Numbered from the stretch's first letter, positions 8,959-17,662 are shown. The stretch is DNA of 32,000 bases from an uncultured Chloroflexia bacterium (GCA_963765875.1 CAVXYK010000025.1:48153-80152); one strand, 5' to 3'. A program made the numbers and translations. Notes: generated by a model from the letters alone, not told the origin.

Positions 8959-10266
8959 CTAGTCGTCTTCCGGCCGCGGCAATGCATCCATCTCGTCAGT
9001 CTCATCGTCGTAGCGGATGACGGTTGCTGACTCTCCGGCGTCTTCCGGTCGCAGCATGGTTTGTGTGGCCGGCTCTTCCCATGCATCACTGAAATCAGAA
9101 TCAACTTCATCCAAATTGGGCAAGGGCCAGCGGCTCGTGATGGAGGCCTGGACAATCAGATCCTCCAACTCTACTATCTCATCATCGCTGCTGTTGGCAT
9201 CGACACTCGGTGCGTCATCGGCTGTGAGCAGGCTGCGATCGGCGGCCTGGAGACGCGCATAAAGCGTTGCCATCAACTGCTTCACTTGCATTGGCGGTAC
9301 CTGTTGGCGCACCGGCGTATCAGACGACTCCCAAAGATCGCGTAGTGCCTGGAAATCCCACTCCGCCGTCAGTACGCCTTCACTGCGCTGGTTGCCCATC
9401 TCGACAAGCACGCCATTGTAGCGAGGCGTCAGTTCCTGAGGTGCGAAGATGGCGGACTTGCCGACAAAGGGCGATCGTTGGCGACGACTCAGTTCATTGC
9501 CGCCGACAAGAAAGCTGACCAATCCGAAGAGTTGATTGTCCTGCATGCGGGCCAACATGCCGGCACGCACCTTGTTGTAGAGGATCGGGTCAGGGCAGGC
9601 GCCCTGGCAGATCAGCACCTCTGCGCCCTGGTAGGCCAACAGACGACCCACTTCAGGGTAGAGTACATCGCTGCCAATCATGATTCCCAACCGTCCAACG
9701 TCGCTCGGTACCACCTCCCAGCCGGAACCAGCCCGGGCCAGATCTTCATCTTCAGGATGCAGCAATACTTTGGACTGGGTGCCGAGCAGTTCGCCGTTGG
9801 CCCCAAATACACCGGTAAGGTTGCGAATGACACCGTCGAACGGGTCGGGAAGATAGGCGGACGGGGCAACAATGGTCACGTTGAATTCGCGCGCCAGTTC
9901 ACCGAAGACAGTCGTATAAGAATGCCAGAGCTCGGTGGCCGAGGCATCGAGCAACCCGGCGACGCTGATGCGCAGGTCTGCACGCATGGCAGAGGCCACG
10001 CTACCAGCAAGGACACCATTGACCCGTTGCCAAAAATTAGCATGGCGACGCCGACCACGATCCGCTTGTTTTAGCATGCTTGAGCGGACATCGCCCAACA
10101 GGGGCAGAGCCGCCATCAAACCTGCCAACTCCGGAAAGACCACCAGTCGCGCATTCTTATTCTGAGCAGCGCGCATAAATCGAGTCAAGTCGTTTCGAAA
10201 GTCATCGACAGTATGCGGCAGCCGCATGCGCTGTTGTACACAAGCGACGACCAGTTTATCCGCCAT
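8959..10266 (-). CDS. carbon-nitrogen hydrolase (nitrilase-superfamily) fold protein lacking the nucleophilic Cys, with a long acidic C-terminal tail
   Basis: VVFPELAG (catalytic Glu) and QSKVLL (Lys) are present. The Cys elbow reads [12 protein letters not shown], with Gly where Cys is expected. I prefer the ATG at 10266 (GGAGGA 5 nt upstream) over the ORF-track start at 10455. Confidence 0.65.
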   Translation of the reverse strand: MADKLVVACVQQRMRLPHTVDDFRNDLTRFMRAAQNKNARLVVFPELAGLMAALPLLGDVRSSMLKQADRGRRRHANFWQRVNGVLAGSVASAMRADLRISVAGLLDASATELWHSYTTVFGELAREFNVTIVAPSAYLPDPFDGVIRNLTGVFGANGELLGTQSKVLLHPEDEDLARAGSGWEVVPSDVGRLGIMIGSDVLYPEVGRLLAYQGAEVLICQGACPDPILYNKVRAGMLARMQDNQLFGLVSFLVGGNELSRRQRSPFVGKSAIFAPQELTPRYNGVLVEMGNQRSEGVLTAEWDFQALRDLWESSDTPVRQQVPPMQVKQLMATLYARLQAADRSLLTADDAPSVDANSSDDEIVELEDLIVQASITSRWPLPNLDEVDSDFSDAWEEPATQTMLRPEDAGESATVIRYDDETDEMDALPRPEDD

Positions 10267-10491
10267 GCTTCCTCCATCAAATCTTAGAACCGAACTCGGG
10301 TTGTTGAACCGTACGAGCACCTTGAGTCTACCATAGCGTAGAGATTGGGAACAAAGAGGATACCAGAATCGACATTGAGGCCCTGGATGAGACCCTGGTC
10401 GAGACAGTAGAAATGTGTTCACAGCCAGATGGGCGCTCGGCGCCATGAGCCTCAAGCCATCGAATCTCTACCACTTTTTCGAACCTCGAAT

Positions 10492-10520
10492 TTGACCAAC
10501 TTTCCACCCCCTGTTATACT
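10492..10520 (+). promoter_or_regulatory. sigma70-like promoter of tRNA-Glu
   Basis: TTGACC (10492-10497), a 17-nt spacer, then TATACT (10515-10520), about 50 nt upstream of the tRNA. Confidence 0.6.
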
Positions 10521-10571
10521 ACCGCAAGTCCTAGAAATGGCTGAGAGAGATGACAGTCAGTTCGGGTTTGT

Positions 10572-10647
10572 GCCCCCATCGTCTAGTGGCCTAGGACTCA
10601 GGCCTTTCAAGCCTGCAACAGGGGTTCGAGTCCCCTTGGGGGTACCA
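10572..10647 (+). tRNA. tRNA-Glu (anticodon UUC), CCA encoded
   Basis: Hand-folded cloverleaf. Acceptor stem is GCCCCCA/TGGGGGT (G1-U72 wobble). D arm is GTCTAGTGGCCTAGGAC. Anticodon stem-loop is CAGGC-CTTTCAA-GCCTG. T arm is AGGGG-TTCGAGT-CCCCT. Discriminator A is followed by CCA. Confidence 0.9.
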
Positions 10648-10656
10648 AACAGAGAA

Positions 10657-10688
10657 GAGGCGTCGCCTAGTGCGACGTCTCTTTTTTT
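10657..10688 (+). terminator. intrinsic terminator after tRNA-Glu
   Basis: gaggcgtcgc-ctagt-gcgacgtctc (10 bp with one G-U) followed by T7. Confidence 0.65.
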
Positions 10689-10790
10689 GCAGTACCGCAA
10701 AACTTGCTATGAGCCCAGAGGTAGCATCTGGAACGGTTGATCTGCGCTACAGGAGTGTTCGTAGCAAGTTTTGCGGTACTGCCTTTTTTT
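10689..10790. repeat. long hairpin element with a 21-bp perfect stem, a 52-nt loop and a T-run
   Basis: gcagtaccgcaaaacttgcta (10689-10709) pairs with tagcaagttttgcggtactgc (10762-10782), followed by cttttttt. Confidence 0.55.
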
Positions 10791-10923
10791 GTTTGCGCCT
10801 CTTGACGCCACTGCGAATCTTGGCTCCCTCCACCTTCGAGCGAATTCAGTAGTTCACGAGTTCAAGCAGAACAAGATTCTTCGCTGGTCATTTGCCAGAG
10901 TGAACTTCAGTACTTCACAAATT

Positions 10924-11057
10924 GTCATTCCGATCATGTAGTGGGGTGGGCGCAAAGCGCCATGATCGGAGGGAAGAGGAATCTCGGGTTCGCCAAGGAG
11001 AGATTCCTTCCTTCGGCAGGCTCAGGACAGGCAGTCGCTTCGCTCTGTCGGAATGAC
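10924..11057. repeat. GTCATTCC...GGAATGAC palindromic element
   Basis: gtcattccgatcatg...gaggaatctc...gagattcc...ctgtcggaatgac. It is nested inside a larger inverted repeat: cttcagtacttcacaaattgtcattc (10905-10930) against gaatgacaaatcgtgaagtactgaa (11168-11192). Confidence 0.55.
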
Positions 11058-11124
11058 AGTTGCGACCAAATCGATAACTACTGAAGTTGTTCGGTAGACT
11101 CACTTCTAATGACACAACCTGTTT

Positions 11125-11174
11125 GTCATTCCAGTTAGAGCGCCGGGAACCCGGCGAGGAATACTCAGAATGAC
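11125..11174. repeat. short GTCATTCC...GAATGAC hairpin element
   Basis: gtcattccagttagagcgccgggaacccggcgaggaatactcagaatgac. Confidence 0.5.
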
Positions 11175-11217
11175 AAATCGTGAAGTACTGAAATTCTTTG
11201 TTCGCACCTTTCTCGGA

Positions 11218-11254
11218 TGGTACAATAGCCAAGCCAATACAAAACAAGTGTTCG
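11218..11254 (+). promoter_or_regulatory. extended -10 promoter plus Cheo-like (LexA-type) box upstream of recO
   Basis: TGgTACAAT (11218-11226), then AAACAAGTGTTCG (11242-11254). The 13-mer is identical to the one at 12885-12897 and matches GAAC-N4-GTTC at 11/12 positions. Confidence 0.45.
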
Positions 11255-11282
11255 GTTCTTGAATGGATAGCAACAGCCAACC

Positions 11283-12068
11283 ATGCCAGCCAACCAGCGC
11301 CAAAGAGCCTATCGAACCCATGCAGTCATTCTGCGGCGTCGCGACTTCAGCGACGCCGACCGCATTCTGACTGTCTACACGCCGTCCATGGGCAAGCGCG
11401 TGCTGATTGCCAAAGGAATCCGCAAAACGACCAGTCGCAAAGCGGGCCATTTGGAACTCTTCGCACACACGTCGTTGCTGGCATCCCATGCACGAACCTG
11501 GGATATCATCACCGAAGTCGTAACCGTTGAGAGCTTCCGCCACCTGCGTGACGATCTGGAGGGCATCGGTCGTGCCGCCTACGTTTGCGAGCTGGTGGAT
11601 AGCTTCAGCGAAGAAGAGGACGAAAACCAGCTGCTCTGGGATCTGCTGCTGTTTGCCCTACGCCAAATCGACGCGATGGGCGCACAGGCGGAGCAGCAAC
11701 GGGCTGATGTACTACTACGCTGGTATGAGTTGCGGCTACTGAGCGTCACCGGATTCCAGCCAGAGTTTTTTCGCTGTATCGGCTGCGGCCAACCACTTGA
11801 GCCGGTGACCAACTTCCTGGTTCTTGCAGAAGGCGGCGTGCTCTGCCCTCAATGCCAGGCAGAACGTCGCGACGCCGAGCCAGTGACGCCCGACGTGCTG
11901 AAGGTGTTGCGCTATTTACAGAGCCGGCCGTGGAGTGAAGTAGAGGCGCTTGTCGTGCGCCCGGCGATCATGCAGATCGTCCAGAATGTTCTCCACCGCT
12001 ACCTGCTAGCGGTTCTGGAACGGCATCTCAAATCTACCGAGTTTCTGCGACGCCTGCGAAGCCCGTAG
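11283..12068 (+). CDS. recO: DNA repair protein RecO
   Basis: 261 aa. N-terminal OB-fold region YRTHAVILRRRDFSDADRILTVYT and the Zn motif CIGCG...CPQC are typical of RecO. Confidence 0.85.
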   Translation: MPANQRQRAYRTHAVILRRRDFSDADRILTVYTPSMGKRVLIAKGIRKTTSRKAGHLELFAHTSLLASHARTWDIITEVVTVESFRHLRDDLEGIGRAAYVCELVDSFSEEEDENQLLWDLLLFALRQIDAMGAQAEQQRADVLLRWYELRLLSVTGFQPEFFRCIGCGQPLEPVTNFLVLAEGGVLCPQCQAERRDAEPVTPDVLKVLRYLQSRPWSEVEALVVRPAIMQIVQNVLHRYLLAVLERHLKSTEFLRRLRSP

Positions 12069-12126
12069 CGTAGAACGTACGCTTGTGGAACTCGAATCAA
12101 AGATCTTGCCACAGATGACTCCACTG

Positions 12127-12236
12127 AAAAAAAGGATCCAGACACGAATTCACACGAATTATCGCGAATTTTCTCTCTGGAGCGACAACACAATTCGTGA
12201 AAATTCGTAACCATTCGTGTCAAGAAAAGGCTTTTT
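12127..12236. repeat. CACGAAT-syllable palindromic element (inverted copy of 8781-8885)
   Basis: aaaaaaaggatccagacacgaattcacacgaattatcgcgaattttctctctgg...caattcgtgaaaattcgtaaccattcgtgtcaagaaaaggcttttt. Confidence 0.75.
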
Positions 12237-12244
12237 GCAGTGGA

Positions 12245-12358
12245 CCCACAGATTTACACAGGTAAAAATAGGATAAGACAGAGAAGGTACCGGGATTACT
12301 CTAGACATCTGGTAAACATCTGTGAAAATCAGCTCCTTATCTGTGGCTATCTGTGGCA
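12245..12358. repeat. CACAGAT-syllable element (degenerate), directly abutting the CACGAAT element
   Basis: cccacagatttacacagg...aacatctgtgaaaatcagctccttatctgtggctatctgtggcag. Confidence 0.6.
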
Positions 12359-12383
12359 GAAATGGCTAAACAAGGAATATCCA

Positions 12384-12770
12384 ATGCAAATTCGCGAATA
12401 TCAAACTTGGCTCAAAGAGTGGGATCAGGCCCGTGACTGGGATCGGGTGCTGCCCAGCCACACATTGTTGCACGCTGTGGAAGAGATGGGCGAAGTCAGC
12501 AAGCTCGTGCAGATGATCGAAGGATACCGTGCGCCCGATCCCGACGATCTCGAAACCATCCGCAATGAGCTGGCGCTCGAGCTGAGCGATCTGCAGGTGA
12601 TGCTCTTCAAGCTGGCCTATCTGTGTGACATCGATATGGAAGAGGCCATGATACGGGGCCAGACCAAAGCCGATCAGCGATTCCCTGACCCGACCACGGG
12701 ACCCAAAGAACGAGATGAATACTGGCAACGCTTCAGGTCCTTTGTCGAAAACAGCGACCTCGATATCTGA
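12384..12770 (+). CDS. MazG-like nucleotide pyrophosphohydrolase domain protein
   Basis: 128 aa. HAVEEMGEVSKLV and ELALELSDLQVMLFKLA helices resemble the MazG EExxE/D pattern. ATG at 12384 with AAGGAA upstream. The ORF-track start at 12240 lies inside a repeat. Confidence 0.7.
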   Translation: MQIREYQTWLKEWDQARDWDRVLPSHTLLHAVEEMGEVSKLVQMIEGYRAPDPDDLETIRNELALELSDLQVMLFKLAYLCDIDMEEAMIRGQTKADQRFPDPTTGPKERDEYWQRFRSFVENSDLDI

Positions 12771-12819
12771 GTCCCCCTACGCCTTTCCTGAACCGTAACC
12801 GCCAATTATCCCATTTTCA

Positions 12820-12897
12820 GAACAAACGTGCGTTTTGGGTATTGACACAGCACAGATGTTCTTGTATACTTGGGATAATTTGGGAAACAAGTGTTCG
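12820..12897 (+). promoter_or_regulatory. lexA promoter flanked by two Cheo-like boxes
   Basis: GAACAAACGTGC (12820-12831, 11/12 to GAAC-N4-GTTC). TTGACA (12842-12847), a 17-nt spacer, then TATACT (12865-12870). AAACAAGTGTTCG at 12885-12897. Confidence 0.55.
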
Positions 12898-13068
12898 CAT
12901 TGGGAAACTTTTGGGTTAACGATACACCCTACCGGTGAACCTTACTGGTGGGGCCGTGAACCCAACAGCGCAACCGCTAAATGGAATAACATGGCGGACC
13001 GGCTAGAATCCAAGCATCGTTTGGCGAATCACGACAAATCGGTGACGAAACAAAAGGAAAGGCAACGC

Positions 13069-13794
13069 ATGGTGTCGCTCTCGGAACGTCAGCAGAGAAT
13101 GTTGGAATTTATCATATCCTTCTATCGAGAAGAGGAGTTCCCACCGACCATTCGCGAGATTGGTGAGAAAGTTGGGATATCCAGCACATCGGTCGTGAAC
13201 TACAATCTGACACGGCTCGAAGAGTTGGAATTGGTGACACGGCATCAGAAAGTCAGCCGCGGCCTTTCTCTCAACTGGCCCAAGCTTATCGAAATGGATT
13301 TTGTTGACGATTCAGATGTACCGCCTATCCCCGGCAACCACTCAGCAAAGACATCGGCGCCCTCTGCCGTCGACACCCATATGCGAGTGCCGGTACTTGG
13401 TTACATCGCAGCCGGTGAACCGATACAGGTTGAACCGAGCAGCGATGCCAATCCTATCGATTGGATCGATGTTTCCGAGGCCATGCTGGAACCGGGCAAA
13501 CTGGGCGCCATCAACGGCCTTTATGCACTCAAGGTGCAAGGGGACTCAATGATTGACGCCAGCATCCGAGATGGCGACGTGGTCGTCCTGCGACATCAAC
13601 AACGTGCGGAAAATGGTCAGATGGTTGCAGCATGGATCGATGGAGATGAGGAGACGACGCTGAAGTATTTCTATCCCGAAGGAAAAAAGGTGCGATTACA
13701 GCCGGATAACCCCGCCTACCAGCCAATCGTACGTGATGCGAGCAAAGTTCGGATCATGGGCCGAGTGGTCTCCGTCATTCGATACTATGCCTAG
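13069..13794 (+). CDS. lexA: LexA repressor (S24 peptidase)
   Basis: The winged-helix N-terminus has LSERQQRMLEFI and PPTIREIGEKVGISSTSVV. The Ala-Gly cleavage site is in YIAAGEP. Catalytic GDSM Ser and TLKYF Lys are present. ATG at 13069 with AAAGGAAAGG upstream. Confidence 0.9.
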   Translation: MVSLSERQQRMLEFIISFYREEEFPPTIREIGEKVGISSTSVVNYNLTRLEELELVTRHQKVSRGLSLNWPKLIEMDFVDDSDVPPIPGNHSAKTSAPSAVDTHMRVPVLGYIAAGEPIQVEPSSDANPIDWIDVSEAMLEPGKLGAINGLYALKVQGDSMIDASIRDGDVVVLRHQQRAENGQMVAAWIDGDEETTLKYFYPEGKKVRLQPDNPAYQPIVRDASKVRIMGRVVSVIRYYA

Positions 13795-13827
13795 CGCGAC
13801 TTGGAACAGGAACCATCGCCGAAGGCA

Positions 13828-13900
13828 AGAACGACAAGCAAAGAGCGGGAGCGAAGATACTTTATCTTCGCTCCCGCTCTTTGCTTGTCGTTCTATTTTT
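13828..13900 (+). terminator. very long perfect hairpin terminator (about 32-bp stem) followed by a T-run
   Basis: agaacgacaagcaaagagcgggagcgaagata-ctt-tatcttcgctcccgctctttgcttgtcgttct, then attttt. It lies between the convergent lexA and acpP genes. Confidence 0.75.
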
Positions 13901-13961
13901 GAAGTAGGAACGCGAACGAACTCTTTCGGATTCAATCCACTTTCAGAAGCGTTCGCGTTAC

Positions 13962-14201
13962 CTAGGCTGCCTGGCTGTTGAGATAATTTACGACATCGCC
14001 GACAGATGTCAGATTTTGTGCTTCATCGTCACTGATCTCACCGCCGAATTCCTCTTCGAACGCCATGATCAGTTCCACCAGGTCCAAGCTATCGGCTTCG
14101 AGATCGTCGCGGAAGCTGGCCTCCATGGTAACTTCGTCCGCCTCCACACCCAGTTGCTCGACAATGATAGCCTGTACGCGCGCAAAAGTGTCATTTGCCA
14201 T
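13962..14201 (-). CDS. acpP: acyl carrier protein
   Basis: 79 aa with the phosphopantetheine-attachment motif [17 protein letters not shown] Shine-Dalgarno. Confidence 0.9.
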   Translation of the reverse strand: MANDTFARVQAIIVEQLGVEADEVTMEASFRDDLEADSLDLVELIMAFEEEFGGEISDDEAQNLTSVGDVVNYLNSQAA

Positions 14202-14669
14202 AAATCGTTTCTCCTTGATGCCAATATGGAAATTGAGTTCTTATCTTTATCGCTATTTCAGTCTGTCCCGGCGGCCTTCCTCACAGCCTTGCGGTCAACA
14301 TCACACAAGGCTTGCCTCAGGAATCGACGCACGGGCTATTGTAGCTAGTGCACTGTTGCCTGTCAAACATCGGGGACAACACAGTGACACAACACGCGCA
14401 CAACACGCCGCCCCTACAATAGTACGTAACTGTTAGCGAGAGTTCAACCAGTTGCTCCATCGGTCAATAATTGGGACCGACGACTCTGCCCTCTCCCAAC
14501 AGAAAACACCTTCAAAATGGATAAGTTGCGGTGAACTTCGCGATCAATCCGAATCTGCAAGATGGGCTGGCGCCTGCGACCATTCCGCATAGCGGTTGAG
14601 ACCAAGTTAGTCACGCTGGAACGCTGCGAGCAAGCTTGACGCTTCCACCAGAGTTTCGACCTTTGTGCG

Positions 14670-14701
<32 letters not shown>

Positions 14702-14709
14702 GACATCCA

Positions 14710-14741
<32 letters not shown>

Positions 14742-14886
14742 TGGGCCCATCGACATTTTTATGTCGGTGGGCCTCTCCCATTCTGCAGCCAATATAAAAA
14801 TAGGCGTACTGGGCCACACCCCGTTTCTCGACGGACAGCCTCGTCTTATCGCCGGGCGATCGCCTGGTGTATAATTGCGCGCAACC

Positions 14887-16128
14887 ATGAAACAATCTAC
14901 CGACTTTCCAAACAAAAAGCTCTTTTACCCCTTGTTCATTGCCCTGTATAGCGTGCTGTTTTCCGGTTGTATCGCCGCCACGCCAGGAGTAGAAAGCCCC
15001 GATTCCAACACAAACGAACACCCGACTCTAGACGATTATTGGGACGGAACGGCAGAGTTCGCGCTCGAAGCGCAATCAACCGGGCTGCCGATGGGCGAAT
15101 CGGATACGCTGGGAATCGAGGACGGCCGCCTTCTATCCTACATTCATGCAAGCGAGCAGTCGGCCGGCGTCATCGACCAATGCGGTGATCCCGTTGCGTT
15201 CCCAGGCTGTGTCGTGTTGCTTGCGAGCGAAGACGGCGGCAGGACGTTTGCACCATGGCGTCCAACCGGGCCGGAAACTGGCGGACAAAAGACAACCTGT
15301 CTCATCCCATGCCGCCAATGCCCGTGTGACTCGCAGAACGACCACATCGATCAACAGCAATACCCACAGGTTGTCCGTCATGTCGATAGACATGGCGAGA
15401 AATGGTTGATGGTCTATGAGTATCGAGCCAACAATTTCCTGCGTCGTTCAACCAATGGCGTGGACTGGTCTTTGCCTGAAGAGGTACCCATGACGGGTAT
15501 TTGGGCGGACTGGCTGATGCCCTGTCGACCGGAGGCAAGAATTGGGACGCATCCATACGCCGGCCAGACGTATGATTGCCTGGTCGGTAGCCCGCCGGGT
15601 CTGACAGTGGCGGACAATGAATTTGGCGAAAAAGAGCTCTTTCTATTTGTTGGAACTGGACAGAACCCAAGCAGCATGGGCTGCTACCGCGGGGATCCAG
15701 GCTCACCGGCAGCATTATTGCGAACGTGCAACCATAACCCGCTGTTCACCGGTTCAGAGACCTACGGCCCCGCCGACACATCCGGCCCTGAAGCCAATAC
15801 GACCTTCGATTTTCGGACCATCAGTTCGGCGGATCTACTCAGGGTCGGGGAGCGAACCTATATGTTTTTTGAAGGGGTGCGCGGCCCCGGAGCAGGCGAC
15901 GCAGGTGATACCCAATTTGGCCTAGGCCTGGCCCGCAGCCTCACCGACCAGATCGATGGTCCATGGGCGCTCTTCACCGGGAACCCGATACTGATCGACC
16001 TGCCTGGCAACGTAGGCCTCGGCCATGCAGATGTCGTCGTCATCGATGGCCGGACGACGCTCTACACATCACTTGACGGCAAGATGCGAAGCCGACTCGT
16101 ACTCCATTGGAAACAACCAATGGAATGA
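14887..16128 (+). CDS. Cys-rich secreted lipoprotein with Asp-box/BNR-like motifs (beta-propeller, glycosidase-like); function unknown
   Basis: Lipobox LFSGC. SEDGGRTF and STNGVDWS resemble S-x-D-x-G-x-T-W Asp boxes. ATG at 14887 is preferred over the TTG at 14875. Confidence 0.5.
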   Translation: MKQSTDFPNKKLFYPLFIALYSVLFSGCIAATPGVESPDSNTNEHPTLDDYWDGTAEFALEAQSTGLPMGESDTLGIEDGRLLSYIHASEQSAGVIDQCGDPVAFPGCVVLLASEDGGRTFAPWRPTGPETGGQKTTCLIPCRQCPCDSQNDHIDQQQYPQVVRHVDRHGEKWLMVYEYRANNFLRRSTNGVDWSLPEEVPMTGIWADWLMPCRPEARIGTHPYAGQTYDCLVGSPPGLTVADNEFGEKELFLFVGTGQNPSSMGCYRGDPGSPAALLRTCNHNPLFTGSETYGPADTSGPEANTTFDFRTISSADLLRVGERTYMFFEGVRGPGAGDAGDTQFGLGLARSLTDQIDGPWALFTGNPILIDLPGNVGLGHADVVVIDGRTTLYTSLDGKMRSRLVLHWKQPME

Positions 16129-16291
16129 CCCATGGAGCATCGAAGTTGATACCGCCAATCCTGGGATCGGCATTCAGAAAACTGTGAGGCGTAACAAATG
16201 AAACGGGAGGATCGCCAGACCACTCATTTCGCTTCACTCGTCACGCCTCACAGTCCAGACGCCATCGATGCTTCCTAACAAAACTCAACGC

Positions 16292-17662
16292 CTACTCTGT
16301 TGAAACGGCCGGCATGAATAACTTCTGATCACACAGAATGTTGGTCTCGCCAGGTGTGGCGCACACCAGAATCTGTTTCTGGCCATCCGGCCCATCAGGA
16401 TAGCGACCGTAGGCAACATCCACGGTGAGTCGACCATACTTCAGCCGATCGATCTCAACGCTGCCCTCCGCCCCAAATAACCCTACCGTTTCGCCTTGGT
16501 CATTGAGTCTGAAATTGGTATGGAAATCGCCCTGCTCCTGCTGCTCATCTGCATAGAAGAGCACGTAGGCGCCCGGAGCAATGGTCACCCCATCGGTGAT
16601 TGCAAACTTGGTCGGATTACTCATTTTATCCGTCAAGAAAAGCCCATCCAATAGGACCGTGGATGATCCCGCATTGTACAGTTCAATCCAGTCAGGATAG
16701 TCGCCAGGATCTTGCGGATCTTCAAGCACGCTCTTGTTGTCGGCCATGATCTCGTTGATGACCAGATTTGGTTTCACGTAACCGATGGGGACACGATACG
16801 AAGTGAGTCGCACCAGATCCGGGTCCGGGGCCACTAAACCATCGTTGTCGCGGGCTGTGACGCGGTAGAAAACCATCGCGCCGCTGGACTGGGGCGGAAT
16901 CTGTGCAGCATAGCGATTGCCTGAAACCAAGGTCATTGACACCGTAATGGGCGGCAGCACGGTCGTATTGCCTCGAACCCCGGTAACACTATAGGTCAGA
17001 GATGCCTGCACAATCTGACCATCGTCACTGATCACGGCCGTTACCTCAATCACATCGTCCGAGCTTGGAAGCTCCGGCGAGTGTGCCACATCGGTGATCA
17101 ATGGCGGCGAGACGGTGTTGGTGCGCCCCGGTGTTGGGCGACTAAATAGCTGCCAAGTGCTGCCGCCATCAGGGTTTCGCCCCTCAGAGGTATTAGTAGC
17201 CTGCGGACCATAGAGCCGCGTATCGATCGGTTCAGTGGCGTCCAGATCAGCATAAAGACCGATCTGGCCACCGTCTTTGTTCAGACGAAAATCCGTGTGT
17301 AGCTTTCCTTGCGAAGGATCGTCATCAGCATAAAAAACCAGGAACCCCTGTGCAGGAATCGAAAGACCCGTGCTGATGGCAAAACTGACGGATTCGGCCG
17401 GATCACCCTCCACCAGATAGAGCCCATCCAAGCTCACTTCGGAATCAGACGGATTGTATAGCTCGATCCAATCGGGAAACTCACCCGGCTCGTCCGGATC
17501 TTCCAGCACCTTACTGTTGGAGGCCATGAATTCATTGATCCGGATCTGGCCTTGGGCGGGCGAGGCAGAAAGGATCTCTCCAGCAGCAGCCACGGATCGT
17601 AGCGAAATCACTAGCGTCGCTGTCAACACAATTCCGATGAGTACCATCAAGCGTATTTTCAT
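16292..17662 (-). CDS. secreted protein with two lamin-tail domains (LTD) flanking an Ig-like middle domain
   Basis: INEFMASNSKVLEDPDEPGEFPDWIELYN and INEIMADNKSVLEDPQDPGDYPDWIELYN are LTD signatures. I prefer the start at the signal peptide MKIRLMVLIGIVLTATLV (ATG 17662) over 17851. Confidence 0.7.
   Translation of the reverse strand: MKIRLMVLIGIVLTATLVISLRSVAAAGEILSASPAQGQIRINEFMASNSKVLEDPDEPGEFPDWIELYNPSDSEVSLDGLYLVEGDPAESVSFAISTGLSIPAQGFLVFYADDDPSQGKLHTDFRLNKDGGQIGLYADLDATEPIDTRLYGPQATNTSEGRNPDGGSTWQLFSRPTPGRTNTVSPPLITDVAHSPELPSSDDVIEVTAVISDDGQIVQASLTYSVTGVRGNTTVLPPITVSMTLVSGNRYAAQIPPQSSGAMVFYRVTARDNDGLVAPDPDLVRLTSYRVPIGYVKPNLVINEIMADNKSVLEDPQDPGDYPDWIELYNAGSSTVLLDGLFLTDKMSNPTKFAITDGVTIAPGAYVLFYADEQQEQGDFHTNFRLNDQGETVGLFGAEGSVEIDRLKYGRLTVDVAYGRYPDGPDGQKQILVCATPGETNILCDQKLFMPAVSTE

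Noticed and set aside
8781-12236. The inverted pair of CACGAAT elements bracketing 3.2 kb (nitrilase-like gene, tRNA-Glu, recO) considered as a composite mobile unit.
   Set aside because: The bracketed genes are housekeeping. There is no transposase or target duplication, and the element family seems common in intergenic DNA. The bracketing is most simply coincidental.
12835-13068. N-terminal extensions offered by the ORF track. These are LexA from 12835, the nitrilase-like gene from 10455, the LTD protein from 17851, ThrC from 20423, the MazG-like gene from 12240, the activase from 28460, hcs from 6326, the GRE from 26118 and the ATC-hydrolase-like gene from 18491.
   Set aside because: The extensions run through promoters or repeat elements, or start at TTG/GTG without a Shine-Dalgarno. 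Internal starts give canonical family N-termini or signal peptides, with good Shine-Dalgarno spacing or ATGA coupling.
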